Assembly: GCF_000009045.1 (NCBI RefSeq)
Contig: NC_000964.3
Span: 4,151,607 to 4,215,606, forward strand
Source of the DNA: Bacillus subtilis subsp. subtilis str. 168
Lineage (GTDB): Bacteria; Bacillota; Bacilli; Bacillales; Bacillaceae
Direction: 5' to 3'
DNA length: 64,000 bases
A program made the position numbers and the translations under genes. Shown here piece by piece: positions 39,592 to 51,817 of this stretch; within the stretch, counting starts at the first letter, position 1, and every line of letters begins with the position of its first letter. The notes under the pieces were generated by a model, which saw only the letters and a program-made list of their open reading frames with translations, made no database searches and was not told where the DNA came from.

Positions 39592-41661
39592 ATGCCAAAC
39601 AAAAGTAAACCCAATAGATTAATCAATGAGAAATCACCATATTTACTCCAACACGCCCACAACCCTGTGGACTGGTTCCCGTGGGGAGAAGAAGCTTTTG
39701 AAAAAGCAAAACGCGAAAACAAGCCGGTTCTGGTCAGCATCGGTTATTCGACTTGTCATTGGTGCCACGTGATGGCCCACGAAAGCTTTGAAGACGAAGA
39801 AATCGCGCGTCTTCTCAATGAACGGTTTGTGGCGATTAAAGTCGACCGGGAAGAGCGGCCTGATGTGGATTCTGTTTATATGAGAATCTGCCAGCTGATG
39901 ACCGGGCAGGGCGGCTGGCCGCTGAATGTGTTTATCACGCCTGATCAAAAGCCGTTTTACGCGGGTACATATTTTCCAAAGACGAGCAAATTCAATCGTC
40001 CCGGTTTTGTTGATGTGCTTGAGCATCTGTCTGAGACGTTTGCGAACGACCGCGAGCATGTCGAGGATATTGCGGAGAACGCCGCTAAACATTTGCAGAC
40101 CAAAACAGCTGCAAAAACTGGTGAGGGCCTTAGCGAATCAGCGATTCACCGGACATTCCAGCAGCTTGCCAGCGGGTTTGACACGATCTACGGCGGTTTC
40201 GGGCAGGCACCGAAATTTCCAATGCCTCATATGCTGATGTATTTGCTACGTTATGATCACAATACAGGGCAGGAGAACGCTCTATACAACGTGACGAAAA
40301 CATTGGACAGCATGGCGAATGGCGGCATTTACGATCATATCGGCTATGGGTTCGCCCGCTATTCGACCGATGACGAGTGGCTCGTTCCCCACTTTGAAAA
40401 AATGCTGTACGACAATGCGCTGCTGCTGACCGCTTATACAGAAGCCTATCAGGTCACGCAAAACAGCCGCTATAAAGAGATTTGTGAGCAGATCATTACG
40501 TTCATTCAGAGGGAAATGACTCATGAAGACGGAAGCTTTTTCTCGGCTTTGGACGCGGACACAGAAGGAGAAGAAGGAAAGTACTACGTGTGGTCAAAGG
40601 AAGAGATTCTAAAAACGCTCGGGGACGATCTCGGAACGCTGTATTGCCAAGTGTATGACATCACTGAAGAAGGAAACTTTGAAGGCAAAAATATTCCTAA
40701 CCTCATTCACACAAAGCGAGAACAAATCAAAGAGGATGCCGGGTTAACCGAAAAAGAGCTCAGTCTCAAACTCGAAGACGCAAGACAGCAGCTCTTGAAG
40801 ACACGCGAGGAAAGAACCTATCCGCATGTCGATGATAAAGTGCTTACCTCATGGAACGCGCTGATGATCGCGGGTCTTGCGAAAGCGGCAAAGGTATACC
40901 AGGAGCCGAAATATCTCAGCCTAGCGAAAGACGCCATCACATTTATTGAAAACAAATTAATCATCGACGGCCGTGTGATGGTCCGATATCGTGATGGCGA
41001 AGTGAAAAACAAAGGCTTTATCGACGATTACGCTTTTCTCCTATGGGCTTATCTGGATCTCTATGAAGCTTCGTTTGATCTTTCTTATTTACAAAAAGCG
41101 AAGAAACTGACAGACGATATGATCAGCTTATTTTGGGATGAGGAGCATGGCGGATTCTACTTCACCGGACACGATGCAGAAGCCTTAATCGTACGGGAAA
41201 AAGAAGTGTACGACGGCGCCGTGCCTTCAGGAAACAGTGTGGCAGCTGTTCAGCTGCTGCGTCTCGGGCAAGTCACAGGCGACTTATCACTGATCGAAAA
41301 AGCGGAAACAATGTTTTCCGTGTTCAAGCCAGACATAGAAGCGTATCCGAGCGGCCATGCTTTCTTTATGCAAAGTGTGTTAAGGCATCTGATGCCTAAA
41401 AAAGAAATCGTGATTTTTGGCAGCGCAGACGATCCAGCCAGAAAACAAATTATAGCGGAGCTTCAAAAAGCCTTTAAGCCCAACGACTCCATTCTGGTGG
41501 CAGAGCAGCCCGAGCAATGCAAAGACATTGCGCCATTTGCAGCAGACTACCGCATCATAGACGGCAAAACAACCGTTTATATTTGTGAAAACTTCGCCTG
41601 CCAGCAACCGACAACAAATATTGAAGAAGCGATCCACACATTAATAAGCAGCAGGGATTAA
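39592..41661 (+). CDS. yyaL: Thioredoxin-like (DUF255) plus six-hairpin glycosidase-like protein (SPATA20/SSP411 family)
   Basis: 689 aa; [36 protein letters not shown]. Confidence 0.92.
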
Positions 41662-42557
41662 GACCCTTGCTGCTTACTTTTTGATTTCTTATGGTACCAT
41701 AAAGCGATCCCCGCAAACACAAGGTTGACCGCTATCGTAAAGAAAGCCTCCCACATCGGGTTCCCCCGCGTAACGGTAAACAGAGAAGGAATTCCTCCAT
41801 ACACACTGTTTTTTTCTGTAATAAACATACACAAAAACATATTATTCGCGGCATGGGCGCCAAGTGATATTTCGATGCTCCCAGTTTTAATCGTGTAATA
41901 CGTCCACACAAACCCAAATGTTAAGTACTCAATTCCTGCCCAGACAGCGCCATTGTTCATTTCTGGATTCGCAAAATGCAATACGCCAAACAATCCTCCG
42001 ACAATCAGTGTCAAAAATAGAGGATTTTTCGTCAATCTCCCGAAAGCTTGAAGCAAAAATCCCCTGAAAAATAGTTCCTCAGCTGATGTCTGAATCGGAA
42101 CCAAAATGAGGGCAGCCGCTAGCAGCCAGATAAATCGTGATGCATTAAACTCTTGCATTGAATAGCTATCAGGATGAATCACAAAATCAATCAATTGTAC
42201 GGCGATCATTAGCAAGAAATAAGCAATAAAACCAAAGGAAATTCTCCGCCAATTCATCTTTGAATTTGGTGTTATCACCGTTCGGAAAGGCCGCTTCAAA
42301 ATAAAGCGCACAGCCAGCCAAACTCCCGGAATGGCGAATAAATAAATCACATGGGACAAATAAAGATCTACGAGGGGATCACTCAGCACAGCTTCATCCA
42401 AATCAAACGTGATATTGGGATTCACAATAACCGTGAACAATATAGCGAAAAGGTAAGCTATATTCCCTAATACATATAACCCTACCATCACCAAAAAAGC
42501 GAAAAAATATCTCCACAACGTATTGTTTCCTTCTATAGGACGGATAAATGAATTCAT
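41658..42557 (-). CDS. yyaK: CPBP (CAAX/Abi) intramembrane metalloprotease
   Basis: [21 protein letters not shown] motifs. Confidence 0.9.
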
Positions 42558-42782
42558 TCCTTCTATGTCTCTTCCTTTCAATGAGAATATTACTATATAT
42601 TTGCATAAATTGGTCTATGAATCTACTGTTTTGGAAATCTTTTAAGCAAAATTAAAATATAAAGTGTGAATTTAGTTCTTCCATCTAGTGATTTGAACTC
42701 TGTTGCCAATGAACCAAGATACTTATAATAGTCCCAAGAGGGGAATTTTCAGTCTTTTCTACTACTCAAAAGGGGGTTTTTT

Positions 42783-44138
42783 ATGAATACGATCTTCAAA
42801 CAAAAGAATACACATCCTTTCTCAAACGCAGCGAATCGTTTAGACCGCCTTCCGATTTCACGCGTTCATTTCCAAGTGTTAACCGCTCTCGGCATTGTTT
42901 ATTTCTTTGATCTCGCAGATTTATTTACCCTCAGCAACGTAGCGCCGGCACTGATCGAGCATTGGGGCATCCCGCTTTCAACTATTGCTAACGTAACGGC
43001 CGCTTCGTTTTTAGGCATGTTTTTAGGCGCTTCACTGGGCGGACGGCTGTCCGATCGAATCGGCCGCAAAAAAGCCTTAAATCTATTTGTCTTTGTTTTC
43101 TCAATCGCATCGCTATGCAATGCTGCGGCATGGGACATTCCATCTTTAATGACATTCCGTTTCCTCACCGGATTTGGCGTTGCAGCCGCCATGGTCATTA
43201 CGAATAGCTATTTGGCGGAATTTTTCCCTTCAAGTGTACGTGGAAAATATATTTCTTTTTGTGCCATGATTGGATTGATTGGGGTTCCGATCACCAACAT
43301 TGTGTCTGCCTTTGTCATTCCTCTTGGTTCATGGGGATGGAGGCTAGTATTTGTATGGGGTGCCGTCGGCCTTATTTATTTTTTCTTCATCCACCGTCTG
43401 GAAGAGTCACCTCGCTGGCACGAAAATCGCGGGGAATATGCGAAAGCCGATGCGATCCTCACCCGAATTGAAGAACAGGTTGAAAAGGAGAAAGGCCCGC
43501 TTCCGGCAGCATCCCAGCCTAAAGTAAGCGAAACTGTTAAGCAGAATGCAGGTTACGCAGGCTTATTGAAAGGCAGAAACCTCAAAATTACCATCGTATT
43601 ATCTGCTGTATGGATTTTTGAAACGTTTGGGTTTTACGGATTTGCTTCATGGGTTCCAAGCCTGCTAAAAAGCAATGGCGTAACCATGGAAAATACATTA
43701 TGGTATAACGTATTGCATTCCGTCGGCGCTCCACTTGGCGCACTGCTCGGCTCCATGATTTCCGAAAGATTTCAAAGAAAATGGATTTTAGCTGCGAGTG
43801 CGTTTCTGACGGCCATCGCCGGGCTCTTATATGGTATGACTTTTATTCCCATCATGATCATTGTATTTGGTTTTATCGTGAATATCACAGAACGGGTCTT
43901 TACCTCGAACTTATACGCCTATACATCTGAACCTTATCCGACTGAATACCGCTCGTCTGGCAGCGGTTTAGCCTATGGTCTTGGCCGTTTTTCAAACATT
44001 TTTGGCTCATTGCTTGTCGGATTTATTGCCGTTCAGCTCGGCTATATCAGCGTCTTCTTATTTATTGGGGGCTGTTGGCTCGCATGCTCCTTGCTGTTAA
44101 TCTTCTTCGGTCCTAATACGAATGCAAAACAGATTTAA
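42783..44138 (+). CDS. yyaJ: MFS transporter (sugar/aromatic acid-like)
   Basis: GRLSDRIGRKK, YLAEFFPSSVRG, EPYPTEYRSSG. Confidence 0.88.
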   Translation: MNTIFKQKNTHPFSNAANRLDRLPISRVHFQVLTALGIVYFFDLADLFTLSNVAPALIEHWGIPLSTIANVTAASFLGMFLGASLGGRLSDRIGRKKALNLFVFVFSIASLCNAAAWDIPSLMTFRFLTGFGVAAAMVITNSYLAEFFPSSVRGKYISFCAMIGLIGVPITNIVSAFVIPLGSWGWRLVFVWGAVGLIYFFFIHRLEESPRWHENRGEYAKADAILTRIEEQVEKEKGPLPAASQPKVSETVKQNAGYAGLLKGRNLKITIVLSAVWIFETFGFYGFASWVPSLLKSNGVTMENTLWYNVLHSVGAPLGALLGSMISERFQRKWILAASAFLTAIAGLLYGMTFIPIMIIVFGFIVNITERVFTSNLYAYTSEPYPTEYRSSGSGLAYGLGRFSNIFGSLLVGFIAVQLGYISVFLFIGGCWLACSLLLIFFGPNTNAKQI

Positions 44139-44171
44139 AAAAGTCAGTGCGGATCTGCCGCACTGATCTCA

Positions 44172-44726
44172 TTACAATTGCTTCAAAATCCTTGCGGGGT
44201 TTCCGCCTACAACAGTATTAGCGGGTACATCCTTAGTGACAACAGATCCAGAAGCAATCACTGCGTTATCACCGATTGTCACTCCCGGGTTAATCACCGC
44301 CCGGCCTCCAATCCAAACTTGATCTCCAATTGTCACAGGCTTACCGAACTCCTTCCCGGATTTCCTTTCGATCGGATCAAGAGGATGACCGGCCGTGTAG
44401 ATATGTACACCTGGCGCAATCAAACAATGACAGCCGATACGCACCTCACACACATCTAAAATGACACAGTCAAAATTAACAAATGTATGATCTCCGATAT
44501 GAATGTGATAGCCATAATCACAGCGGAATGTCGGCAAAATCGTGACTTGATCCCCAACCGAACCGAGCAGCTCCTTCAAAAGCTTCGTCCGCACTGCATC
44601 ATCTTCCGGTGTTTCGTTGTATTGTCTAATCAGCTGTCTCGCATGCTTGCGTTCTAGTAATAGTTGTTGATCTTCCGAATTGTATAATTCTCCGGCTGCC
44701 ATTTTTTCTTTTTCTGTCCTCAGCAT
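44172..44726 (-). CDS. maa: Maltose O-acetyltransferase
   Basis: [12 protein letters not shown], hexapeptide repeats, VVGGNPAR. Confidence 0.93.
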   Translation of the reverse strand: MLRTEKEKMAAGELYNSEDQQLLLERKHARQLIRQYNETPEDDAVRTKLLKELLGSVGDQVTILPTFRCDYGYHIHIGDHTFVNFDCVILDVCEVRIGCHCLIAPGVHIYTAGHPLDPIERKSGKEFGKPVTIGDQVWIGGRAVINPGVTIGDNAVIASGSVVTKDVPANTVVGGNPARILKQL

Positions 44727-44743
44727 TTAAGTCACTCCAGATG

Positions 44744-45124
44744 TCAGATTGTAATCTCGATCAAATTTCCTTCATCATCCTCAATCACGCTTTCATAGTA
44801 GCCGTCTCCTGTTGTCCTCGGGCCGTTTACTACTGCGAAACCATCCGCCTTCAATCGATCAGTCAGTTCGTCAACTTTCTCCCGGCTCCCAACGGAAAAG
44901 GCAATATGTGCCCAGCCTGTCATTGTTTGTGAGGGCGGATCGGTCACATTCCCTTTTTTCATAATTTCCAGCCTTGCTCCGGAATCAAACGTAATAAAAT
45001 AAGACTTAAAATCTTTTTTCTCATTATGATACAAATCATTCGCTTCGCCATTAAAATACGATTCATAAAAAGACTTCATTCGCTCTAAATCATTGACCCA
45101 GACCGCTGTATGTTCAATCTGCAT
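44744..45124 (-). CDS. yyaH: VOC/glyoxalase-family protein
   Basis: [14 protein letters not shown]...GWAHIAF...DDEGNLIEI; ATG 45124 after ggaggaag. Confidence 0.88.
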
Positions 45125-45179
45125 TTCTTCCTCCTCCTTCGCCTTCAATGAAGTTATAAGGTATGAAATGCATTTCAGT

Positions 45180-46115
45180 TCAAGCTTTTTTCTTAAATTT
45201 ATGCTGAATTTTGATATCAGCGGGTTCATCCTGCAAAAATAGAGAAAATGCTGCGATGCCGAGCTGCTCAAGATTCAAATCAAGCGACGGAAAACCAAGA
45301 ACACGGCTGATAGAAGTATTTCCCTCGCCTATGATTTCAACATCCCAATTATTCTTTTTGGCAAATAGATGAATTCCAGCTGCCACTTCATCACTATTTG
45401 CATAAATAGCAGTCGGAACCCGCCCGCTCATATAAAAATGTTCAGCTGCCAGCTCACCATCATTCATATCGTTGCATCCGGACAGCATATGGCGGTCTTC
45501 CAACCTTCCGCAGACAGCTTTATAGGCCGCAGCTTTATCAGCCGTGCTCGGGCTCCTATCAGCTTCTCTGACACACGTAAAAGCAATATTCTCATGCCCG
45601 CGGCTCTTTAAATAGCGAAAGCTCTCTGCATAAGCAGTTTTTCTGTCATTAAAAGCACAAGGGACATCAATGTCTCCGGTATCCTCACAAGCGATGACCG
45701 GCCCATATTCCTGATAAGCTAAAATGCTGTCCCAATGATTGGCGCGGGAAGTAATGATGAGACCGTCTATTTTCTTCGTTCTTAACAGCTCTAAATATTT
45801 GATTTCAATATCGGGGTTATAATTGGTGGGGAGAAGGGTCGTTGCATACTCATGCTGAAAAGCCGCCTTGGTGATTCCGTTAACGATTTTATCAAAGCAG
45901 GGATGATCGCTATAAGGCAGAATCACACCGACCGTATGGGTTTTCCCGCGAATGAGATCGATTGCGGTTCGATTTGGTGTATAATCCAATTCCTTCATGA
46001 CTTGATGAACAAGCTTTCTCTTTTCTTCAGATACATACGGATGATGATTCAATACACGCGAGACAGTCGAAACAGATACATTTGCCAGTCTTGCGATCTC
46101 TTTTATATTTGCCAT
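45180..46115 (-). CDS. ccpB: LacI-family regulator CcpB
   Basis: [23 protein letters not shown]; 311 aa from 46115. Confidence 0.93.
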
Positions 46116-46173
46116 CTCTTTCTCCTTTTCATATAAAAAAAGCAGTAAGTGTAAAATCCTTACTGCTATCTCA

Positions 46174-46932
46174 TCATATATTGATGATAAGTTCAACAGG
46201 ACAATGGTCGGAACCCATGACGTCCGCTGATATGCTGGCATCTTCAATCTGTTCCTTAAGGCTTTCAGAAACAACAAAATAATCAATCCGCCATCCAATA
46301 TTTCTGTCCCGGGCGCCGGCACGATACGACCACCAGGAATAAGCGCCTTCAAGATCAGGATAAACATGACGAAAAGAATCAACAAAGCCAGCTTCTAAGA
46401 AACGAGTGAATGCCTCTCTTTCTTGATCTGAAAATCCAGCGTTATTCCGGTTCGCCTTTGGATTTTTCAAGTCAATCTCCTGATGGGCTACATTCAAATC
46501 ACCGCATAAAATCACTGGTTTTTTCTGATCCAATTCAAGAATATAAGACAGTAAAGCCTCTTCCCATTGCATGCGGTAATCAATCCGCTCTAATCCCCTT
46601 CTGGAATTGGGCGTGTAAACAGTCATCACAAACACGTTTTCAAATTCCAGCGTAATCACTCTGCCTTCTTGGTCATGCTCTTCTACTCCGATACCGTAGA
46701 TGACCTGCAGCGGTTCTTGCTTAGAAAAAACAGCTGTGCCGGAATATCCTTTTTTCACTGCATAATTCCAGTACACATGATAGTCTTCAGGCTGGAGATC
46801 AACCTGGCCGTCCTGTATCTTCGTTTCCTGAAGACATATAATATCTGCATCCTCTTCTTTCAAATAAGAGAGGAAATCCATTTTTCTCATCACAGCCCGC
46901 AGGCCGTTTACATTCCATGAAATCAACTTCAT
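46174..46932 (-). CDS. exoA: Exodeoxyribonuclease III / AP endonuclease
   Basis: [34 protein letters not shown]. Confidence 0.97.
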   Translation of the reverse strand: MKLISWNVNGLRAVMRKMDFLSYLKEEDADIICLQETKIQDGQVDLQPEDYHVYWNYAVKKGYSGTAVFSKQEPLQVIYGIGVEEHDQEGRVITLEFENVFVMTVYTPNSRRGLERIDYRMQWEEALLSYILELDQKKPVILCGDLNVAHQEIDLKNPKANRNNAGFSDQEREAFTRFLEAGFVDSFRHVYPDLEGAYSWWSYRAGARDRNIGWRIDYFVVSESLKEQIEDASISADVMGSDHCPVELIINI

Positions 46933-46996
46933 GTTTCATCCTCCCCCCTATAAAAAAGAGCAAGAACCCGAAGGTCCTTGCTCTTTACATATCAGC

Positions 46997-47263
<267 letters not shown>

Positions 47264-47279
47264 TTAGGCGATAATCACA

Positions 47280-47798
47280 TTAGAATGGAAGATCATCATC
47301 CGAGATGTCAATCGGTTTGCCGTCGTTGGCAAATGGGTCATCATTAAAGCTGTTCCCCTGATTGCGTCTCTGGTTGTTTTGATTTCCCCCAAATGGATTA
47401 TCATTTTGGCCTCCGCCAAAGTACTGGCCTCCGCCGCTGTTTCCTTCGTTGTATCCACCTGAACCAGAACCGCCGCCGTTTTTCGGCTCAAGAAATTGAA
47501 CACTTTCAGCTTGGACCTCTGTCACGAAGACACGCTGTCCTTGCTGGTTTTCATAGTTTCTTGTTTGTAAACGGCCATCTACGCCTGCAAGGCTTCCTTT
47601 TTTCAAGAAGTTTGCAACGTTTTCGGCTTGTCTTCTCCAAGTGACACAATTAATGAAATCGGCCTCACGTTCTCCGGACTGGTTCGTAAATGTACGATTC
47701 ACAGCAAGAGTAAACGTAGCAACAGCCGCACCGTTTGGCGTATAACGAAGCTCTGGGTCTTTTGTCAGTCTTCCGACTAATACAACTCGGTTAAGCAT
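47280..47798 (-). CDS. ssbA: Single-stranded DNA-binding protein
   Basis: [18 protein letters not shown], Gly/Asn linker, DDDLPF tail. Confidence 0.99.
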   Translation of the reverse strand: MLNRVVLVGRLTKDPELRYTPNGAAVATFTLAVNRTFTNQSGEREADFINCVTWRRQAENVANFLKKGSLAGVDGRLQTRNYENQQGQRVFVTEVQAESVQFLEPKNGGGSGSGGYNEGNSGGGQYFGGGQNDNPFGGNQNNQRRNQGNSFNDDPFANDGKPIDISDDDLPF

Positions 47799-47838
47799 AA
47801 GAAAGACCACCTTTTACCATTATATATTTCAAAATTGC

Positions 47839-48185
<347 letters not shown>

Positions 48186-48236
48186 TACTCACAATTTTAT
48201 ATTATACCAAAGCTCTTGTCCCTTTACAACTGCATC

Positions 48237-49337
48237 CTATACATTAAATCGGAAATGAATAACATCTCCGTCTTGGACCACATATTCTTTCCCTTCAAGG
48301 CGGACTTTTCCTGCCTCTTTAGCTCCTGCCATACCGCCGCCCGCAAGAAGATCCTCATAAGCAACTGTCTCAGCACGAATGAAGCCCCGCTCAAAGTCAC
48401 TATGAATAATTCCTGCACACTCAGGGGCTTTCATGCCTTTTTTGAATGTCCAAGCTCTGACTTCCTGTTCTCCGGCTGTGAAATATGTTGCGAGGCCGAG
48501 AAGAGAGTAAGACGCTTTGATCAGCTGATCAAGACCTGATTCTTGAATGCCCAGCTCTTCCAAGAACATTTGCTTTTCTTCGCCTTCAAGCTCAGCGATT
48601 TCAGATTCGATTTTTGCACACACAACGATAACTTCTGCGTTTTCGCCGGCAGCGTACTCGCGAATCTTCGCTACATTTTCATTGCCAGATGGATCAGCAA
48701 CTTCATCTTCACTTACGTTGGCCACGTACAAAATAGGCTTCGAAGTCAGTAAATGGAGCTGCTTCACAAGCTTTTGCTGCTCTTCAGTGAATTCTACAGA
48801 TCGAGCAGGCTTTTCACTCTCAAACGCTTCTTTCAGTTTAGATAAAATCTCAAACTCAAATACAGCGTCTTTATCTTTTTGCTTCGCAAGCTTGCTGACG
48901 CGTGTAATCCGCTTTTCAACTGTTTCCATATCAGCGAGGATCAGCTCAAGGTTGATCGTTTCAATGTCATCAATCGGATCAACCTTTCCGGAAACGTGTG
49001 TAATGTTGTCATCGGAAAAAGCACGGACAACGTGGCAAATCGCGTCAACTTGGCGAATATGAGATAGGAACTTGTTGCCGAGTCCTTCTCCTTTAGATGC
49101 GCCCTTTACAATCCCTGCAATATCAGTGAATTCAAAAGCAGTCGGCACAGTCTTCTTCGGGTTGACCAGCTCAGTCAGCTTTTGCAGACGATCATCCGGC
49201 ACCTCTACAATTCCCACGTTCGGATCAATTGTACAGAACGGGTAGTTGGCTGATTCGGCACCGGCCTGTGTAATTGCGTTAAATAGTGTTGATTTTCCGA
49301 CGTTCGGCAAACCAACAATTCCAGCTGTTAAAGCCAT
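48237..49337 (-). CDS. ychF: YchF Obg-family ATPase
   Basis: [39 protein letters not shown]-terminus. Confidence 0.97.
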   Translation of the reverse strand: MALTAGIVGLPNVGKSTLFNAITQAGAESANYPFCTIDPNVGIVEVPDDRLQKLTELVNPKKTVPTAFEFTDIAGIVKGASKGEGLGNKFLSHIRQVDAICHVVRAFSDDNITHVSGKVDPIDDIETINLELILADMETVEKRITRVSKLAKQKDKDAVFEFEILSKLKEAFESEKPARSVEFTEEQQKLVKQLHLLTSKPILYVANVSEDEVADPSGNENVAKIREYAAGENAEVIVVCAKIESEIAELEGEEKQMFLEELGIQESGLDQLIKASYSLLGLATYFTAGEQEVRAWTFKKGMKAPECAGIIHSDFERGFIRAETVAYEDLLAGGGMAGAKEAGKVRLEGKEYVVQDGDVIHFRFNV

Positions 49338-49463
49338 TCTTTCATCTCCTCTATATAAAACCGTCATTGTATGAACGTATTTTGAACCTAGAGCAATTAT
49401 AAGGAGGTTCACTGGAAAAGACAAGCTGACAAAAAAGCATTTTCAGCTTGCCAATCCCTTTGA

Positions 49464-51467
49464 TTATGCTTTTTTCAAGCCTACTAAACAGTCAAAAAGC
49501 GTACTTCCCATTCCATTATCAGAATTTGTATCATTTGTCAGTGCATTGACTGACCCTCCAAAAGCCGCCCACATGCCTTCATCTATATTAATCGTCTTCG
49601 CATGAGCCTGCTTCATCACTTTCACCTTGCCCTTCATGCTTCCGCGGTCATTAAAGATGACAACTTCGTCTCCATCCTGAAGATCCTGCCCAGCCGCTAT
49701 ATCTGGAGAAATATCGACCTGAACGTGCTGAAGCTTTTCAATAAACGGCACATGCTGTGAATGATTGGAACGCTGCGGATGAATGGATAAGAGCGTATAA
49801 GGGTACTTTCCAGCTAACTCCTCATTATGGAAAACAGATTCTTCGGGCACATTTAATTGAAGCGAGCCGCTAAATCCTTTTTGCTCAGCTAGCGACGAAG
49901 TAAATTCAAATTTTCCACTCGGCGTCAAAAACTGATAATCATCCCACGGCACCTGTTTTACTGGAAGAGGGAGGTGGCCTTTTTCTTTTAAACGCTCAAG
50001 TGTCACATCCTCTGCTTCCAATGAAGAAAGCCCCATCTCTAAAAATTCTTGAGTGCTGTATTCAAACAGCTCGCCAAACCCAAGACGTTTTGCAAGCTCT
50101 GACCAGATCCAGCTGTCCGATTTCGCTTCACCCTGCGGCTCCACAAGCTTCTTCCCGTACTGAACATAATGATGATACATACTGGAATAGTAGATATCTT
50201 CTTCTTCAAAAACAGTGGCAGTCGGCAAAACATAATCACACAGCTCTGCGGTATCCGTCATAATGGAATCAATCGCGACCGTCATTGGAACCTTTTCAAA
50301 TGCTTGTCTCACCTTATTTGTATTCGGCACCTGAGTCAGCGGATTTCCGCACGTCACAATAATCATCTCAATCGCAGGATCAGCAGCGGTCAACACTTCT
50401 TCAGCCTGTGTCATCATTGAAAAAGAACGGGATGTTGTTTTTAATTCCGGCAGCGTCAGCTTTGTTTTTGCAAAGCTCTCACCAATCTGGACATTTCCGA
50501 AATTCGCGCCGCCGCCCTTAATTCCGACATTTCCGCTTGCCGCCACAAGTGCATCAATCCAACGAATCGTTCCCCCGCCGTTTTTATATCGCTGCATGCC
50601 AAGCCCCATAAAAGTAGACACCGGACCATCAGCATACAAACCTGCCAAATACTCCAGCTCCTCCATAGAAGTTTCTGTTTTCACAATAAACTCTTCCAGA
50701 GAAACGGTCTTCAAAAGCTCTTTCACATCATCAAAACCGACAGAATGCTCAGAAATAAACGTTTCATCCGTTCTTCCCATCTCAATCAGAACCTTCAAAA
50801 CGGCTGCCGCAAGCCAGCCGTCCATTCCAGGCTTTACAGAGATATAGCGGTCGGCAAGCTTAGCAGTCGGGTTGAAGATCGGATCAATCACCGTAATCGT
50901 GGCGCCCTTCTTTTTCACCTGCTGCAAGTGATGGTATAAGTGCATATTTGTTCTTGATACATTTCTTCCCCACACAACAACATGCTTGCTGTTGTAAATA
51001 TCAAGCGGTCCGTGACCGTACGAACGGCCAAAATCCCAGCTTTGCGCCTCGATACCGGAGCCCCAGCATATGCTTCCGACGATTTCGGTCACGCCGCCAT
51101 ATCCATTAAAAAAACGCTGATCAAGCGCTTTTAACAGACCGTTATTCGCATAATCATGGCTGTGCAAAACAGCAGTCGTCTCCGACGTTTCCTTGATTTC
51201 CCGAAGTTTATCGGCAATTTCATCAAGTGCCTGCTCCCAAGAAATCCGCACAAACTCGCCATTTTGTTTTTTCATTGGATAGCGAAGCCGATCAGGCGAA
51301 TTTGTTTTTGTCTCAAGCATTCTGCCGCGGCCGCAGATTTTACCTTCCGTAATCGGATGGTTTGGATCTCCGTCCACTTTTGTTACCTTTCCATCATCAA
51401 CAGTCACCAAAAAGCCGCAGCTGTCCCAACAATTCAGCGGACATGCCGACTGATGCACTTTGCTCAT
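49464..51467 (-). CDS. yyaE: Molybdopterin oxidoreductase
   Basis: CPLNCWDSC...ICGRG Fe-S motif; ADRY, ELCDYVLP, molybdopterin-dinucleotide-binding C-terminus. Confidence 0.9.
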   Translation of the reverse strand: MSKVHQSACPLNCWDSCGFLVTVDDGKVTKVDGDPNHPITEGKICGRGRMLETKTNSPDRLRYPMKKQNGEFVRISWEQALDEIADKLREIKETSETTAVLHSHDYANNGLLKALDQRFFNGYGGVTEIVGSICWGSGIEAQSWDFGRSYGHGPLDIYNSKHVVVWGRNVSRTNMHLYHHLQQVKKKGATITVIDPIFNPTAKLADRYISVKPGMDGWLAAAVLKVLIEMGRTDETFISEHSVGFDDVKELLKTVSLEEFIVKTETSMEELEYLAGLYADGPVSTFMGLGMQRYKNGGGTIRWIDALVAASGNVGIKGGGANFGNVQIGESFAKTKLTLPELKTTSRSFSMMTQAEEVLTAADPAIEMIIVTCGNPLTQVPNTNKVRQAFEKVPMTVAIDSIMTDTAELCDYVLPTATVFEEEDIYYSSMYHHYVQYGKKLVEPQGEAKSDSWIWSELAKRLGFGELFEYSTQEFLEMGLSSLEAEDVTLERLKEKGHLPLPVKQVPWDDYQFLTPSGKFEFTSSLAEQKGFSGSLQLNVPEESVFHNEELAGKYPYTLLSIHPQRSNHSQHVPFIEKLQHVQVDISPDIAAGQDLQDGDEVVIFNDRGSMKGKVKVMKQAHAKTINIDEGMWAAFGGSVNALTNDTNSDNGMGSTLFDCLVGLKKA

Positions 51468-51517
51468 CGCCGTCTTCTCCTTACCTTCTATATGAAAAAG
51501 CATGAGTGTCGGCCTAT

Positions 51518-51724
51518 TTATGAAGTAGGCTCCTCATGCTTGACTAGTACTTTTTTTAGTTTTCTTTCAAATTCTCTTCTCGGAATCATAACACTGTGAG
51601 AGCATCCCTCACACTTAATTCGAATATCCATTCCCATGCGTATAATTTTCCAGCTGTTCGCTCCGCATGGATGCGGTTTTTTCATTTCTACGATATCATT
51701 CAGGCCAAAGTCTTTATCCGCCAA
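51518..51724 (-). CDS. yyzM: DUF951 protein
   Basis: VEMKKPHPCGANSWKIIRMGMDIRIKCEGC. Confidence 0.88.
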   Translation of the reverse strand: MADKDFGLNDIVEMKKPHPCGANSWKIIRMGMDIRIKCEGCSHSVMIPRREFERKLKKVLVKHEEPTS

Positions 51725-51817
51725 GACCCTTCACCTCTTTTCCTAAACTGCTGTATCTATTGTACAAAAAAACTGATCATAAGAGCAATCAAGATACCCG
51801 AAAAGAAATACATCCTC

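Noticed and set aside
19514-39763. CRISPR array or classical integron
   Set aside because: Repeats are 110-250-bp gene fragments with kb-scale spacers. No cas genes, no short regular repeats, no IntI and no attC-like RYYYAAC/GTTRRRY pattern were found.
45180-46385. 401-aa version of ccpB (also long versions of yyaH, ychF, yybB and 18018-18365)
   Set aside because: The extensions overlap upstream genes or regulatory RNA; RBS-supported downstream starts give the expected proteins.
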